A DNA stretch of 63,552 bases, from assembly GCF_001194135.2 (NCBI RefSeq), contig NC_068983.1:63850563-63914114 (forward strand). The letters run 5' to 3'. Numbering within the stretch: the stretch's first letter is position 1; each line of letters begins with the position of its first letter. Shown one piece after another: positions 38,236 to 51,708 of this stretch. A program made the translations under genes and the position numbers. The notes under the pieces were generated by a model. The model did no database searches, had not been told where the DNA came from, and saw only the letters and a list, made by a program, of their open reading frames with translations. Source of the stretch: Octopus bimaculoides. Taxonomy: Eukaryota.

Positions 38236-38999
38236 TACAGGGATTAGCTTGAGTTGCTTCTCCAACATACTGAAAATTTAGAAATAGCAGTAAAAGAACT
38301 ACTGATTCCAAACTACAATTTTTTTCTCTAACGGATGGCGATATTTAGGGCACACATAGAACAAAAAACCGAAGGGAAAAGCAAAAACAAACCTGCCTTT
38401 AGTTAATTGGATACGACGTTTCACGGTTAAGAGTATGAAGTTACTCTATTCCGATCTTCAGCTCAATATTCGAATTAATCTGAAAGTGTCTGATAAAAAC
38501 TCATGTGAATTTTGACCATGCGACATCAAGACCACGTGAGTCAGGCACTTACAAATTTATCGGGTAGTGAGTTCAAAACACTTCACTCCAAAGAATCTAT
38601 TCTATGTGCGTCACAAATAGTCCCAGATACTTTGGAGTGAAGTGTTTTGAACTCACTAGNNNNNNNNNNNNNNCTCACTAGCCGATAAATTTGTAAGTGC
38701 CTGCCTCACGTGGTCTTGATGTCGCATGGTCAAAATTCACATGAGTTTTTATCAGACACTTTCAGATTTATTCGAATATTGGGCTGAAGATCGGAATAGA
38801 GTAACTTCATACTCTTAGCCGTAAAATGTCGTATCCAATTAACTAAAGGCAGGTTTGTTTTTGCTTTTCTCTTCTGTTTTTTGTTCTGTGTGTGCCATAA
38901 ATATCGCCATCCGTTAGAGAAAAAAATTGTAGTTTGGAATCAGTAGTTCTTTGACTGCTATTTCTAAATTTTCAGTATGTTGGTGAAGCAACTGAAGCT
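38236..38999. mobile_element. Long fold-back palindrome, MITE-like, inserted in (TA)n
   Basis: Arms 38246-38598 and 38625-38999 (353 bp each after removing the gap and its 8-nt overlap), about 15 mismatches by eye. Starts TACAGGG. The right end lies in the gap at 39000-39033. Confidence 0.85.
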
Positions 39000-39033
39000 N
39001 NNNNNNNNNNNNNNNNNNNNNNNNNNNNNNNNN

Positions 39034-39092
<59 letters not shown>

Positions 39093-40059
39093 TTATCGTC
39101 CACACATACTCAATCTGCCATATATGTATTGCATGTTCTACTTATAGTGCTCATAATGCTGGGTTTTGAAAGACCTGAAATTTCATAGACAGGTGCTGCA
39201 ACTCGCCTCCGACCCCTTTCAGGATTGATGACTACCGATATGTCGACATTTTTGTGCCTTATCAACATCATATACCGGATTCAAACCGGGGACGGATCGA
39301 ATCGCCAGTCGATGATAATATATAGATAGTCTAAGAACCATTTGCTGGTATGTTACGACGGTGGTTAAGTAAGATAAGATTACATTCATTATTGAATTTA
39401 ATTTTACGTGCCAATGTAATTGCTATAGTGTAGTTGAGTATGGGCAATAACGAATTTGATACAACTGATAGATGAAAGCAAATTTGTTGAGACTCGTTAA
39501 GGGTTATCATTACTGTTGTCACTACTTTTTAATACTCAGCTTATGATCTAAAGATTAGATAAAATAATATGGTAATTATAGTTTTTATTTAGCCTTGATA
39601 TAAACCGTCAATGTAGTGTTCTACTTATTTCTTTCTCGATAGTTAATTAAATGATGGGTATCCCCAACTGGGCTTTGACATTCCAGTAAGGATGAGTGTA
39701 CTTTGCCTCAGTAAAAGATGGATGTCATTTCGTATCTGCCAAACTGAGAGACTTTATACCTCATCACTAATTACTTACACATCAGTCTGATGTGAGAATG
39801 AGGACGTGACCTCATCTATCCGACATTACATAAAATCCTAAAGCAGAACAGTTTTTCTAATGGCTGAGTTTAAATAATGATTAATAAAAATTACAAAATG
39901 AGTGGATGGAGTAGGCGGAGACCATAGTGTTGGGGAAAACTAAGCTTTATAAGACCACATATGTGTATCTTTCTTGGGAGCACGGCCTTTGTATCACACG
40001 ATCTCAGTATTACAGTACAATCATCGAAAATAATATTAAAATGTGAGGCTATATAGAAG

Positions 40060-40440
40060 AACTTAGATTGAAACGTTTGCTACTACTTGACCACACGTTA
40101 GCCAGGCTGTTAGATCTCAAAAGCTCACCAGCTATTAACCTGAAAGCTCGGAAGACATTTGTCACCTCGTCATTTGATATGAGTGACAAAATGTCTTCCA
40201 GTAGTTTCACATTATATAGTATGCTGCTGACACTATCGAATTCATCTTGAAAACAGTATGAAGACTAGTTTCATTGGAAGCATGCTAACTTCGTCACCAT
40301 CTACAAACGTGATGGCAAATCTGTTTGCCTCAGGGTTATAACATTCTCGTCTGCTAGTGGGCAGAATCTAACTGCGTCCATGCTGTAAAGAGTGCAAAGT
40401 TTCTTCCGATCGGTTTGTGCCCTATATGATTCAGATCTAG
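40060..40440 (+). mobile_element. RTE-like LINE RT remnant
   Basis: WKHANFVTIYKRDGKSVC resembles the RT motif W-x-x-A-x-I-V-T-I-Y-K-x-x-G-D-x-S-x-C. Confidence 0.45.
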
Positions 40441-40960
40441 ATTCACATCTGAATAGGATATAATTTGATTTTGTTTTTTCCAGAATGAGCAGGAGTAATT
40501 ACATTCTCAAAAATTAGATATATTTACTTCAGCTTAACATATTTCCCAAAAGTACTGTGCGATGGAAGTATATAGAGCTGTCTCAAGTGTCACTACTCTG
40601 AGATCTCTTTTAATGAGAAATTGTAGACAAGTGAATGTGTGATGTGCCAGAATATACTACGATTGCCAGTGGAGCCCTATTATAAGTTCAAGTGAAAGTA
40701 AACGTCAAGGTTATGTTAATGGAGTGAATGTGGCATGTGACTGACTAATCAACAGGTCATCAGTACTACGAAAATTAAACACAAATTGATTGTATGCAAG
40801 TAGCATACTCATATATACATCTGTATATATGAGTATATAAGGATTTAAATGTGTTTGAGAATGTAAATAATAGTATCCTGTCTCCTGGTAATTTAAAATT
40901 CTAGTTAATGTAATTACATTCCACAATTTATGTTCTTATCTTTCTTCTGGTAAAATAGTT

Positions 40961-41005
<45 letters not shown>

Positions 41006-42832
41006 CAACAACAACATATTGAAATGTATGCATTCGTATATATATATATATATACTTTCATACATACACCATACATATACATACACACACCCATTCACTT
41101 ATATTCATGTAACCTTACGTATATAAGATTTCTTTATCCACAGAGTCAATGGGAGAGTGGGTCATTATACTTACGGGTACTGTCAAGCCGATAGACTTCC
41201 ACTCCAGAGCAGATATTCTTTTATACGCTCATTAACATACTACCAGCTCAGGCAGTTGGACCGGTACAGCCATTAGCATAATGATTCGCTTGAGATATTT
41301 CTTCCGCGTATTAATGTTTGGTTTTCCAATTTCAGGATGTCTAACTTTACTTTTCAGCTCTTAGGAATTCGATGAAAAATAGGATCTGCTTGAATAGGGA
41401 CGAAATTAAAAATTATTATGACTTCTACTTAAAATTTACATGGTGTTCTTTTCAATTTTAACATTTTGTTATCACTAGGAAAATTTTGGATGCCTCGTCT
41501 TCAACACTCTCTCGGTAACTATATTCTTTTATTGTTTTATATGTATACACACAGAGCTTTAGTTATTTCCCCGTTCTTCGCTTGCATTACTCAATATCTA
41601 TGTATGTATGCTTAATATCATGACTTGAATTTCTTTAATTATTGAATTATTAATACAGTAGTTAACCGTTTCCGTTTCTATCCTGCATAAGTATTCAAAA
41701 ATCAAATCCTTTTCATTTCAAGCCCACATTTGAAGAGGAATTGCTTTAATTACTCCAGTTATTAATTTTATAATTGTATAAACGCCAGAAGATTTCAAGT
41801 TATTCTAATAAACTTGGTCTTAATATTTTTACTGTTTTTATCGTTATTACTATTGATACATTTAAATCAACAACCACACTTGCCTCATAAACTTCATACA
41901 ATTAGCTGCTATTGTTTACACAATTTCATATATATGAAATTTTCTCCCTAAAGCTATTTTACTTTCTCCTTCTTTGTTATTCTTTTCTATTTCTTCCTTC
42001 TTTTCTTTTTCATGTTTTTCTACTTCTCAACTTGAAAATGTTTCGATCTTTGTTTTTCATTCTTAGTTTTTTAAACACTCGAACTCGGTATATGTATGTA
42101 AAATAAAATCTTTTCAACTGAAATTTATAGAAAAACCCCAATCAGGGGAACTCTTGCTTTTCTCTATGCTTCCGTCCTTCTCACTATCTCTCTTCACTAT
42201 CTCTCTCCATATTTCTCTCTTTTCCCTTGTACAGTTTGTAATACACTTTAACATAAATGTCATATATAGTTTATTTTTTTAATAACATTTGTTTGAAATG
42301 ATCGTAATCCCGAAGCATATCGCAATTTGGTCACTGTATTATCCATTATATATGTACAATAACTATATACACGCACGAACGCACGCAAGCACAGGTATGT
42401 ATACACACACATACATACACATCGACACATGCATGCGAGAGGACCTCCGTCGTTCGACGGTGAGAATTAAGGTCTTCTACCAACTGAAGTACCTGCTGTA
42501 CTGAACCACATGACGTGTAATTGGCTAAGCATTCCACGAGCACTTGCACCATGAACATAATTCTCAAACAGAATTAGCGCGAAACAATGCGTAAAGGGAT
42601 CGTAACTTTTAAACTGGTAGTACATCTCATCTAACAAACGTCTAAGGAGATTTTGTCCACCTAATTTTATTCACAAAGTATGGGTGGATTCGAGGTCATA
42701 GAGAATGGCATTTGTGCAAATTGCACCACAGTTGCCATTTACACTTAGCAGTTATATATCTAGTTTACATCAATGAAACTTGAATACTTAGCTTCAGCTG
42801 TGTTTCTCTCTGCTTTTCTATGTCTACCTCAT

Positions 42833-42834
<2 letters not shown>

Positions 42835-42873
<39 letters not shown>

Positions 42874-42974
42874 TATGTATGTACGTCGGTACGCATGCAT
42901 ATATACATGTATGTATGTATGTATGTATGTATGTATGCATGCATGCATGTATGCATGTATGTATGTATGTATGC

Positions 42975-43016
<42 letters not shown>

Positions 43017-43150
43017 TTATGTATGTATGTATGTATGTATCTAGCTAACTATCTATCTATCTATCTATATGCATATATATATATATATATACATGCCTGT
43101 CAGTGTCTATGTGTGTGTGTGTGGGTGTGTGTCTATGTGCATGTGTGTAC
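42835..43150 (+). repeat. Compound tetra/dinucleotide array (GTCT)(GTAT)(GCAT)(CTAT)(TA)(TG)
   Basis: Read directly from the sequence. Confidence 0.95.
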
Positions 43151-43399
43151 GAGAGTGTGTGCTTGCCACGTCTTGGGATGAATTAAGGTGGTGAGAGAGA
43201 CGGTTAAGTTGTTTATTTAAGTCAAAAGGCCTCGAAAGGTACAAATGCAAATATGCATTTCCTTAGAGACATTCTTATCGACTTTGTAGAATATTTTACA
43301 CGTGATTGCAGTTGATGCCTGCATGAAGCGTTGACAAAAAATAGATAATTGCAAGTGAACATGGGATTTTAAGAAATCAATAGGCCTTTTGTATGCAAC

Positions 43400-44009
43400 T
43401 ACCCATAAGATTAATATGTTATGCTTTAACTTTTACAGAATTCAACCGATTTTGATGAAATTTGACGTTTAGGTGAATTTCATGGTGGGTGTCATGTAGT
43501 TGAATTAAAATTAAACTAGTGAAAGGCAGAAATCGTCAAAATCCTCTCAAAATAAAATGATGAACTAATTTTGAAGAAAATTGACCCATATGTAAAATTA
43601 AGCACTTCGACATATGAAACATCGATTATTCACATAATGAATTCGGATTTAAAAGTCAATGAGATATTTTCATGTAAATGGTCTATTTAACACTTTCCTA
43701 CAGATTTTGCTAATATTGGACACGCTGATCAATTTTGTACAAAGAGAGGCATTAAGGGGAAAGAAATAAACAAACATCACTCTCAACGGGTCGCGGTACA
43801 CCCAAAAGTTTGACTGCGATTTGAGACGGTCCAGTATGTAGGAATATGTCGAAAGTGTTAACCGGGTAAAATCCCTGCCGAACCAGATATGACATCTTGA
43901 TGGGTAATGGCTGGCACGAAGAACATAGAAGATTTCATTATAAGGTCAGAGGTGGGCTGAACTTCAACACGGAAAACTCGAGCAACGCCGGGTCCAACAG
44001 CTATATAGT
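43400..44009 (+). mobile_element. Possible non-autonomous Helitron-like element, 3' end
   Basis: GC-rich imperfect hairpin CTCGAGCAACGCCGGG (43977-43992) followed by CTA(TA)nGT; upstream CCGATTTTGATGAAATTT motif. The 5' end is undefined. Confidence 0.4.
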
Positions 44010-44327
44010 AAATATATATATATAATATATATATGTATGTATATATATATATATATATNNNNNNNNNNNNNNNNNNNNNNNNNNNNNNNNNNNNNNNNNN
44101 NNNNNNNNNNNNNNNNNNNNNNNNNNNNNNNNNNNNNNNNNNNNNNNNNNNNNNNNNNNNNNNNNNNNNNNNNNNNNNNNNNNNNNNNNNNNNNNNNNNN
44201 NNNNNNNNNNNNNNNNNNNNNNNNNNNNNNNNNATATATATATATATATATAGGAAGAGACAGAGACAGATAGAGAAAGTCAGAGAGAGACGGACAGGCA
44301 GAGAAAGAGGAGATTTTGGTTAGATGA

Positions 44328-44402
44328 TTTGTTCAATAAAAATCTTCAAGGCGTTGCCCCAGGATGGCCACAGTTCAATGACTGAAACAATTAAAAGATA
44401 AA
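44328..44402 (+). mobile_element. SINE family A 3' terminus
   Basis: ccaggatggccacagttcaatgactgaaacaattaaaagataaaag matches the family 3' end at 59380-59440. Confidence 0.65.
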
Positions 44403-44519
44403 AGATCCCTGCCTCATTACTGGATGAGTTAATTCTTGCATACGACCAATTAATAGAAATTGGCAACAGGAAAAGTAAATATCAGCTCATTGAAAGCATT
44501 ATGGTTGGGAAGCAAGCTT

Positions 44520-44715
44520 CTTTTCTACTCTAGGCACAGGGCCCGAAATTTGGGGGGAAGGAGCCAGTCGATTAGATCGACTGCAGTCCGCAAATGGTAC
44601 TTAATTTATCGATCCGTAAATGTTGAAAGGCAAAGTCGACCACGGCGAAATTTGAACTCAGAACGTAAAGACAGACGAAGACCAGCGGTAGCATTGAGAA
44701 ACTGATGACTGTCTG
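44520..44715 (-). mobile_element. SINE family B copy
   Basis: Reverse complement aligns with 27353-27565. Confidence 0.85.
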
Positions 44716-47700
44716 CTTAACATGCAGTCCTAAAATCGACTTCCCCTACGCAGAGAAGAAAGAAAATAGTGATGCTTTCCATTAAGCTGACTCATCGTTG
44801 ATGCACAATGCGAAGACAAACATTTTATTGCTGTAATACCATCCAATGGATCATACGATAGGTATCGCCCAACTAACGCAATGTACAATAGCAAAATCAT
44901 TAAAGCACACTTGGTCTGTTACTTCTTACACTTCAGGAGACAACACGTTGATTTCCATAACAAGTTATTTACAACTATTTCACTAATGTTTTATACCTGA
45001 TTTAAACAGAATTGTTCCTGTTTAATTATTTTGTTGCCTTTTGCTTTTGTTTTTCCCCCTCACACGACAACTATATTTAATTAGCTAAATTATCGAAAAT
45101 TAATTTTATTAAAACGACAAAGGTGTCCTTCTTTTTTTGTTGAAATTATAAATGAAATTTGTTAAAACTATTTGACTCACGTAAGTTTAATTTTAATTTT
45201 AAATTTATTATTGTTTGGTTTATGGTGGTTGGTGGTGTATGATTTTATTATATTTGTCGCTTTATTATGTTGCGTTGCATAAAGAAATCATTGTTATTAA
45301 AAATAAATAAATCATTATGTTGGCGATGTTAGTGTATATTGTTGTTGTTGTTGTTGTTGTTGTTGTTATTATTATTATTATTATTATCATTAGTAGTAGT
45401 AGTAGCAGTAGTAGTAGTAGTAGTATTGGAGATGAGGTGCGTGTGTGAGGAGTTGTCATGGACACAGAACATGAAATATATTGGTGAAAAAGAAATGTTA
45501 AAGAAGTGTGAAAGAGAAGATTCAACAGTAGAACGTAAGCAGATGTGAAAGAAATTGAACAGAGTTTCCAGACGAGAGAGACCGAAGTGGAAGAGTAAAG
45601 ATGTTGGAAATAAAAGCAGACGAATAGTTTAAAAGAGAGTGGGAAAATCAAGACAAACGGAGTGGTGGTTTGGGGAAGTTAGAAGTAGGAAATAATATCA
45701 GTGAGTAAATGAGAAAGGTATATGGGAAAAGAGAAGTAAGGCTATATGTGGAGAGAAGAAGTAGAGAGAAAATTGAATGAGCAAGTTATGGGTCACACAC
45801 TGGTGAGACCCTGGAAATCATTTGTTTGATAGTTAGACAGATAGAAATAGTTATATCAATAGATACAGAGATAAGGAGAGGAGTGAATGTGTTGGGAAAT
45901 GTAATTGAGAATACATTAAATGGAAGTTAGGAAAGAAATGTAAGAAAAGAATATGTTCCTTGGGAAGGAAGAGGGATGAAAGTAGATATACGAGCGATAG
46001 AAAAATGAAACAAGAGAAAGACGAAACTAGAGAGAGAAAGTGAGAGTGAAAGAAAGTGGGAGGAAGAACATGAAAAAGAGAAAGGAAAGAAACGAGTGAG
46101 AAAGTAAATGTATGACGAAAAGGGAAGAAAGAGAAAATGTTGCGAAATACACAGCGCGAAGGGAGTATTGAACGAATAAGAGACCAACAGAGAATGAGGG
46201 GAAGTTTAATTGAAAGAGAAACCCGGTGATTTTATTATTAAGTATTAACCTTGGTCTACTATGGAATAATGAGAACATTGCTGTGGGGAAATGCCTTGAG
46301 GAAAGGGGAACCCTTTATGCTAAACATAACTACAGTAGAGTCTCCTATGTGTAATGAAGTCAGTCGGGAAACTTCGATTAAGCCGGATATCAATGCACTC
46401 AGTAAACTAAATATGCCTTTAGGGATATTTAATATCTTAAAATCACACGCATAAAAAAAAACTTGAATCTTTTTCAAAACCGAGCGAACACATGAGAATG
46501 GAATGTATATTATTTTTAAATAGATAAAGTGCAGCTCTGGATATGCCGCCGTAGATCAGCTCACTCACCAAGCTCAAGCTCTACAACTTTCCATGTTGCC
46601 AGACGTACGCTCTATTTAAGCAGATCTATGATATTAACTGTTTCATTTTAATATGTCCAAAACTACTTAATTCAGTGTTTTATTTCTTTAATATGACATG
46701 ATCCTAGGGAGATTAGATTACATATCTTGCAGGTTAAGCAGGAGCATAGCAGGTATAGAAAGCCATTCACCTCAGTCTACTTTATGCTCCTAATTGAATT
46801 CGAAGACACCTACTGATGAAATATCTGAAGCCAGTACAAAAATATACGGTTTAATGCATTTGACTGACTGACTGATTAGGGTTCTTAGTATTAAAATATT
46901 TTCAACACTGTGTTTCTCGAGTTTTCTAGTTTTCGATTTAGGCATAACGTTTTTCAAGACTTCACTTAGAATTCTAAAAGAACAGCTATAACTGTTGTTA
47001 GTCTATATTGAATTCATCATTGCCTTTTCTCGTAGTGTACTTCCCGTCTTTCTAAGCTTTTGTATAGAATAATGTTGTTATTAAGTATTATATTTTGTCA
47101 TTAATTGTTCTAGTTCCGAAGCACGTTTTTGTCGTCACTGGTATTGTTTCCTAAATTAGACGTCAATTACCAGAAAATAATTCTTAATTTCTATTTTATG
47201 TTTCCATGTAATGCAATTGTGCTAGACATATTTTTAGGATTTCCAATAAATGATTTGTATCCCTGCTAATTTTCACCCTGTCAATCTTGACCTGACCTGT
47301 CAGATATTTTTCTAACTTCTCTGGCCCTCGATATCCTCCATGACAATGCCTCTTCCATTTATCTCCTGGTGTCATGAGAAACGTTTCCTCGATATCATGA
47401 GGCAAGATTCTTCGTTTTCTTTTCCTTGCTATTGTCTGTCTCCTTCCTATCTCACTTCCAGAAAATTGATATTTAAAAAATGTTTACTTCTTTCCTTTCT
47501 TTCCATATATATCTATTGCGGAATATGTTCTTTGTTTTCTTGAGAAGCATCATCTTCATTCTATTAAATCTATCGTTGATTGTTTTATAATTCAATAAGC
47601 AGATTCTCATTAGGGTATTTCTCTTTTGGTCTTCTAATATTTTATACTTGTTTCAGATCTATTTCATTTCTACATGTTTCTTGGCTTAATGGGTGTGATT

Positions 47701-48844
47701 ATAAAAAATGCATAAGAACTAAATATATTGTTAATGTAAGCTTTATGATTACGAATTTAAAATTAATAACTGATTACTATTCGCAATACAGATAAATCAA
47801 TATATTACACTTGACATTCACTATTAATATTGTAAAAGATAAAAAGCGGACAGATGCAGGAAAAGCATGTGCAGGGTTAGGCTTCCAGCGGAAAAATGCT
47901 TTGAGGACGAACAAATGGCGTTGTTACTAGAGTTTTTGAGAGGGTCTGTGTGTAACAAGAAAAAGGTGGTCAGTTATCTTGAAGTGCCATAGAAAAGACG
48001 ACTCGAGGTAAGCCATATCTGAGGAGAAAAGTCTCTGAGTGTACTACCAGTAGAAAAACGCAGAAAGAGAAAACATCTCAACTGTGGACCAAAAGTCAAG
48101 TTAAGTGTGATGTTCAACGTCTTCAGATATATCAGGAAGTGAGTTGTGTATTTCGACTCACTCGAAGAGGATAGATTTGTATGTAACAGTACAACTTTCT
48201 CAAATGTGGATGTAGCATATCCTCGCTGTTCTAGTATAAACTTTGTAAATAATTAATAGTTCACGGCGTCTGGATTAATTACAAACTCTGAAGAAAGTCT
48301 GGCTTTGTATCACGCAGGCATCGCTATGTTGGGTATGTGCGTTCTATTCCTATTATGTTTAGGGGTATGTGGGATAATATTATCTTGATATACATAATAA
48401 GAGTGTATTTCAGTTGTTGGAAAAAAAATAATTTGCATGAATCTATTGCCGTAAGAGTGGCTTGCACGCTCAGTGTCACATAATAATTTGATATTAGGTA
48501 CTTGGGTTGCATGTGAATAATATTTGTGCAAGCAGACTTGCTGGGGTAGGGACTGAAGAGTAGGATTTATTACATAGGAATGTCCTTTGTTGGTGGGGAT
48601 GGAAACGCTGTGGTAGTGGCCCATGGGAAAAGACACGAACATAAATGGAGTTCATAGGTGGGCAGTTTTATCCATGATTCACGTGCCAGGATGCTCTAAT
48701 TCGTTGCTGACCATTAGTGGAGTAAAATACATAACAATGACATCCTTCATCATCTTGAATCTCTCTCCCCACATTTCTCTCTTTCCTTAGTGATCATCAC
48801 AAGGGATTCTCCAGTGCCAACAGGTTCATAGGAGATCCGATCTC

Positions 48845-49200
48845 TTATGTTACTCATGGGTGGGCTCTCGCTTTGAAGAAGTTCACTGAAAGCAATCTTC
48901 TTGATCTAGATATCAGTAAATCTTTCAACTGTGTCTATCTTGCAAATATCGTAAGCGTACTTCACACGTACCGTACCCATTCATCACTTATCTTTTCGAT
49001 TAGAAGGTTTCTATCAGACTGCACTGTCAGACTGTACTGTCAGACTGCACTCTCTGTCTCTCACCATCAATCGACTTCACTGCTCTCTTAAGCTAGATTC
49101 TCTCCCTCGGTGTTTCTCCTCTATACAACAATAATCTACTTGCCGTAACTTCCAGCAGCACCCAAACTCACTTTGGTACCAAGAACCTTCATTTCCTCAT
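48845..49200 (+). mobile_element. APE-type LINE RT remnant (Jockey/CR1-L2 supergroup, clade unresolved)
   Basis: LDLDISKSFNCV...SIRRFLSD resembles xLDISKAFDRV...WIxSFLS. Confidence 0.6.
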
Positions 49201-50100
49201 AACCATACATTATTCATACGCAACCTATACACCACACTCTAAATCAACAATGACTCCGCAAACACAAACCGTGAGAGCCAGCTGTATTCGAGCCATCTCA
49301 TCTTGTCTCTTTGAACAGCAAGAACTGAAAATTTGCGCATACCAAGAAAACAATATTTCATCACCCTCTTCTAAATATGAATAGCACCCGGCTAAAACCC
49401 TGAACGTCGCTTCAGGAAGATGGCATTTTTATTCTGAGTAAATGTAACCATAGCAGAGCTTGCATCGCATTGCAGACATCAGAGATTACCGTTACAAATA
49501 GTTACTGGCATTATACAGGGTTCCAGTGAGTCTCACAATCAAATAATGATCATTTGTCTGGTACGGTGCTGCAGCTATTGTAATCCTGGAGCACAACATA
49601 AAACAAAATAGAAAAAGGACCGTCTTAACTAATAGGCACACTATCAGTGCGGGGCACACTCCAGCATTTCGCCCATACGCTTGCTGTCTTTTCGCTGTTT
49701 CTTCTCTCGCTACAATATTTACCTCTATATCTCCGATCCGGTTGGTCTGGTACAACGACCCCTCTCCGTACCATTCATCATTTCGGTAACGTCAATGAGT
49801 CCAACCCTCCTTCCTCGTATTATTACTCAATTCTCACACTGGAATCCACTACTCGTTCATTTCTTTACTGCAAGTATTCACTTGTAGCAGTTTACATAAT
49901 ATATATATATATATATATANNNNNNNNNNNNNNNNNNNNNNNNNNNNNNNNNNNNNNNNNNNNNNNNNNNNNNNNNNNNNNNNNNNNNNNNNNNNNNNNN
50001 NNNNNNNNNNNNNNNNNNNNNNNNNNNNNNNNNNNNNNNNNNNNNNNNNNNNNNNNNNNNNNNNNNNNNNNNNNNNNNNNNNATATATATATATATGTGT

Positions 50101-50141
<41 letters not shown>

Positions 50142-50419
50142 TGTGTGTGTACACACATATATGACTGCATGACTGTATGTCTCTATCTCTTCCGTGGATG
50201 TATATGAACAACTTTGAAGAGACAGGAAAATATCTTGACAAAAAGAAAAAAAAAAACACTCTCCTGCGACAATTGTTTAGCATCGAGTTAGATACGACGG
50301 TGGTATATTACCGTCACCAATATAACGAACTTTAAGTCCTCTAAGAAATAATGCTCTCCTTCAAAAATTACCACATAAAACAAAAGATAAATAGTAATAC
50401 CATTAATGATAATGGTATA

Positions 50420-50659
50420 CTATAAGATATATTTATCATTTTTTATCTGTTACTTACTTCAGTCATTGGACTACGGATATGATGGTGCTGGTACAACCTT
50501 TTCAACGATTTAGTCGAATAAATCCGCCCAAATACTTAGTTTTTAAACGCAGTACGCATTCTTGTCTCAATCTTCTGCCGAAACGCTAAGTTGTGAGTAC
50601 CTAAGCAAAGCAACACAAACTGTAGAGAGATGGTGCGAGACGGACATAACACAAACTCA

Positions 50660-50741
<82 letters not shown>

Positions 50742-50908
50742 TCTATACGATGGTCTTCTTTAAGTTCAGTTTACCAAATCCACTTACAAGGATTTAGTCA
50801 GCCCGTGGTTAGTAAAAGACACTTATCTAATGCTCCATGTACTAGAACTGAAACCAAGACCACGCGGTGTGAAAAGCAATTTTCTTAGCCACACTACCAC
50901 ACCTATAA
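50420..50908 (-). mobile_element. SINE family A, full length and decayed, with an internal (CA)n/(TG)n tract
   Basis: Head at 50750-50908 and 3' end at 50420-50530 align to the family on the minus strand. Confidence 0.75.
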
Positions 50909-51530
50909 CTGTAAGGAGAAAAATATTATGTAATATAAAGCTTTTGGTTGCCCCCTCAGTTGATGGAAAACCCATTTGTCTTTATACACCTGAAGGTACA
51001 TTAACATTCACTTGTTCAGCTTTCAGTTAAAACATCAATTTTTACATCCCCAGACACACTACATCATAACTGTCGTGTAACAGATATTTAAATTGATTAT
51101 ACAAATTGTAGGTCACGACATTAGAAGTAAGTATGTAAACGGCCCGCTCACTAAGTGTCGAAGAATGTAAATGGCCCTATCTTTATGTATGTAAGTATTC
51201 ACTATGTTTTGCTATGAAAAATTATTTCTAAAACTAGCGATCTGTTTAATAACTCTATCTAAGTTATAAGTGAATCAGATATTACTAAACTCTATTATAT
51301 GCTGTATAGGTCTGTCCTAATGTTGAAATTTAATGTTTCCTAGCAACGTTACTCTTACTTTAATTTTGGAGAAATAAGCCCCTCTCATTCTTTATTAATA
51401 GATAGCTCTCATTTATCCTTATGATCGCTTTCTCTCACTAGGCATTTCTTTCACCGCCTCTCTTTCGCTGTTTGCGTTTTTCTCCTCCTCCTCCTCATTC
51501 TCCTCTACATCACTTCTCCTCGTCGTCCTT

Positions 51531-51708
51531 CTCATCCACCTCTTTCTTCTCCTTCAACTCCTACGCATGATCCAAATCCACGTCTGTCTCTCTCATGAAT
51601 TTTTCTTTATTTTCCTGCTCTCATCCACCTCTTTCTTCTCCTTCAACTCCTACGCATCATCCAAATCCACGTCTGTCTCACTCATGAATTTTTCTTTATT
51701 TTCCTGCT
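51531..51708 (+). repeat. 89-bp tandem duplication, two copies, in a pyrimidine-rich tract
   Basis: tcatccacct... starts at 51532 and 51621; the copies differ at about 2 positions. Confidence 0.95.

Noticed and set aside
38652-38681. CTCACTAG repeated either side of a gap
   Set aside because: Contig-overlap artefact; removing the gap and one copy restores exact palindrome register.
45430-47400. Faint RTE-like 3'-end peptides at ~45430-45620 (+) and ~47200-47400 (-)
   Set aside because: Too degenerate to support as features without a profile search.
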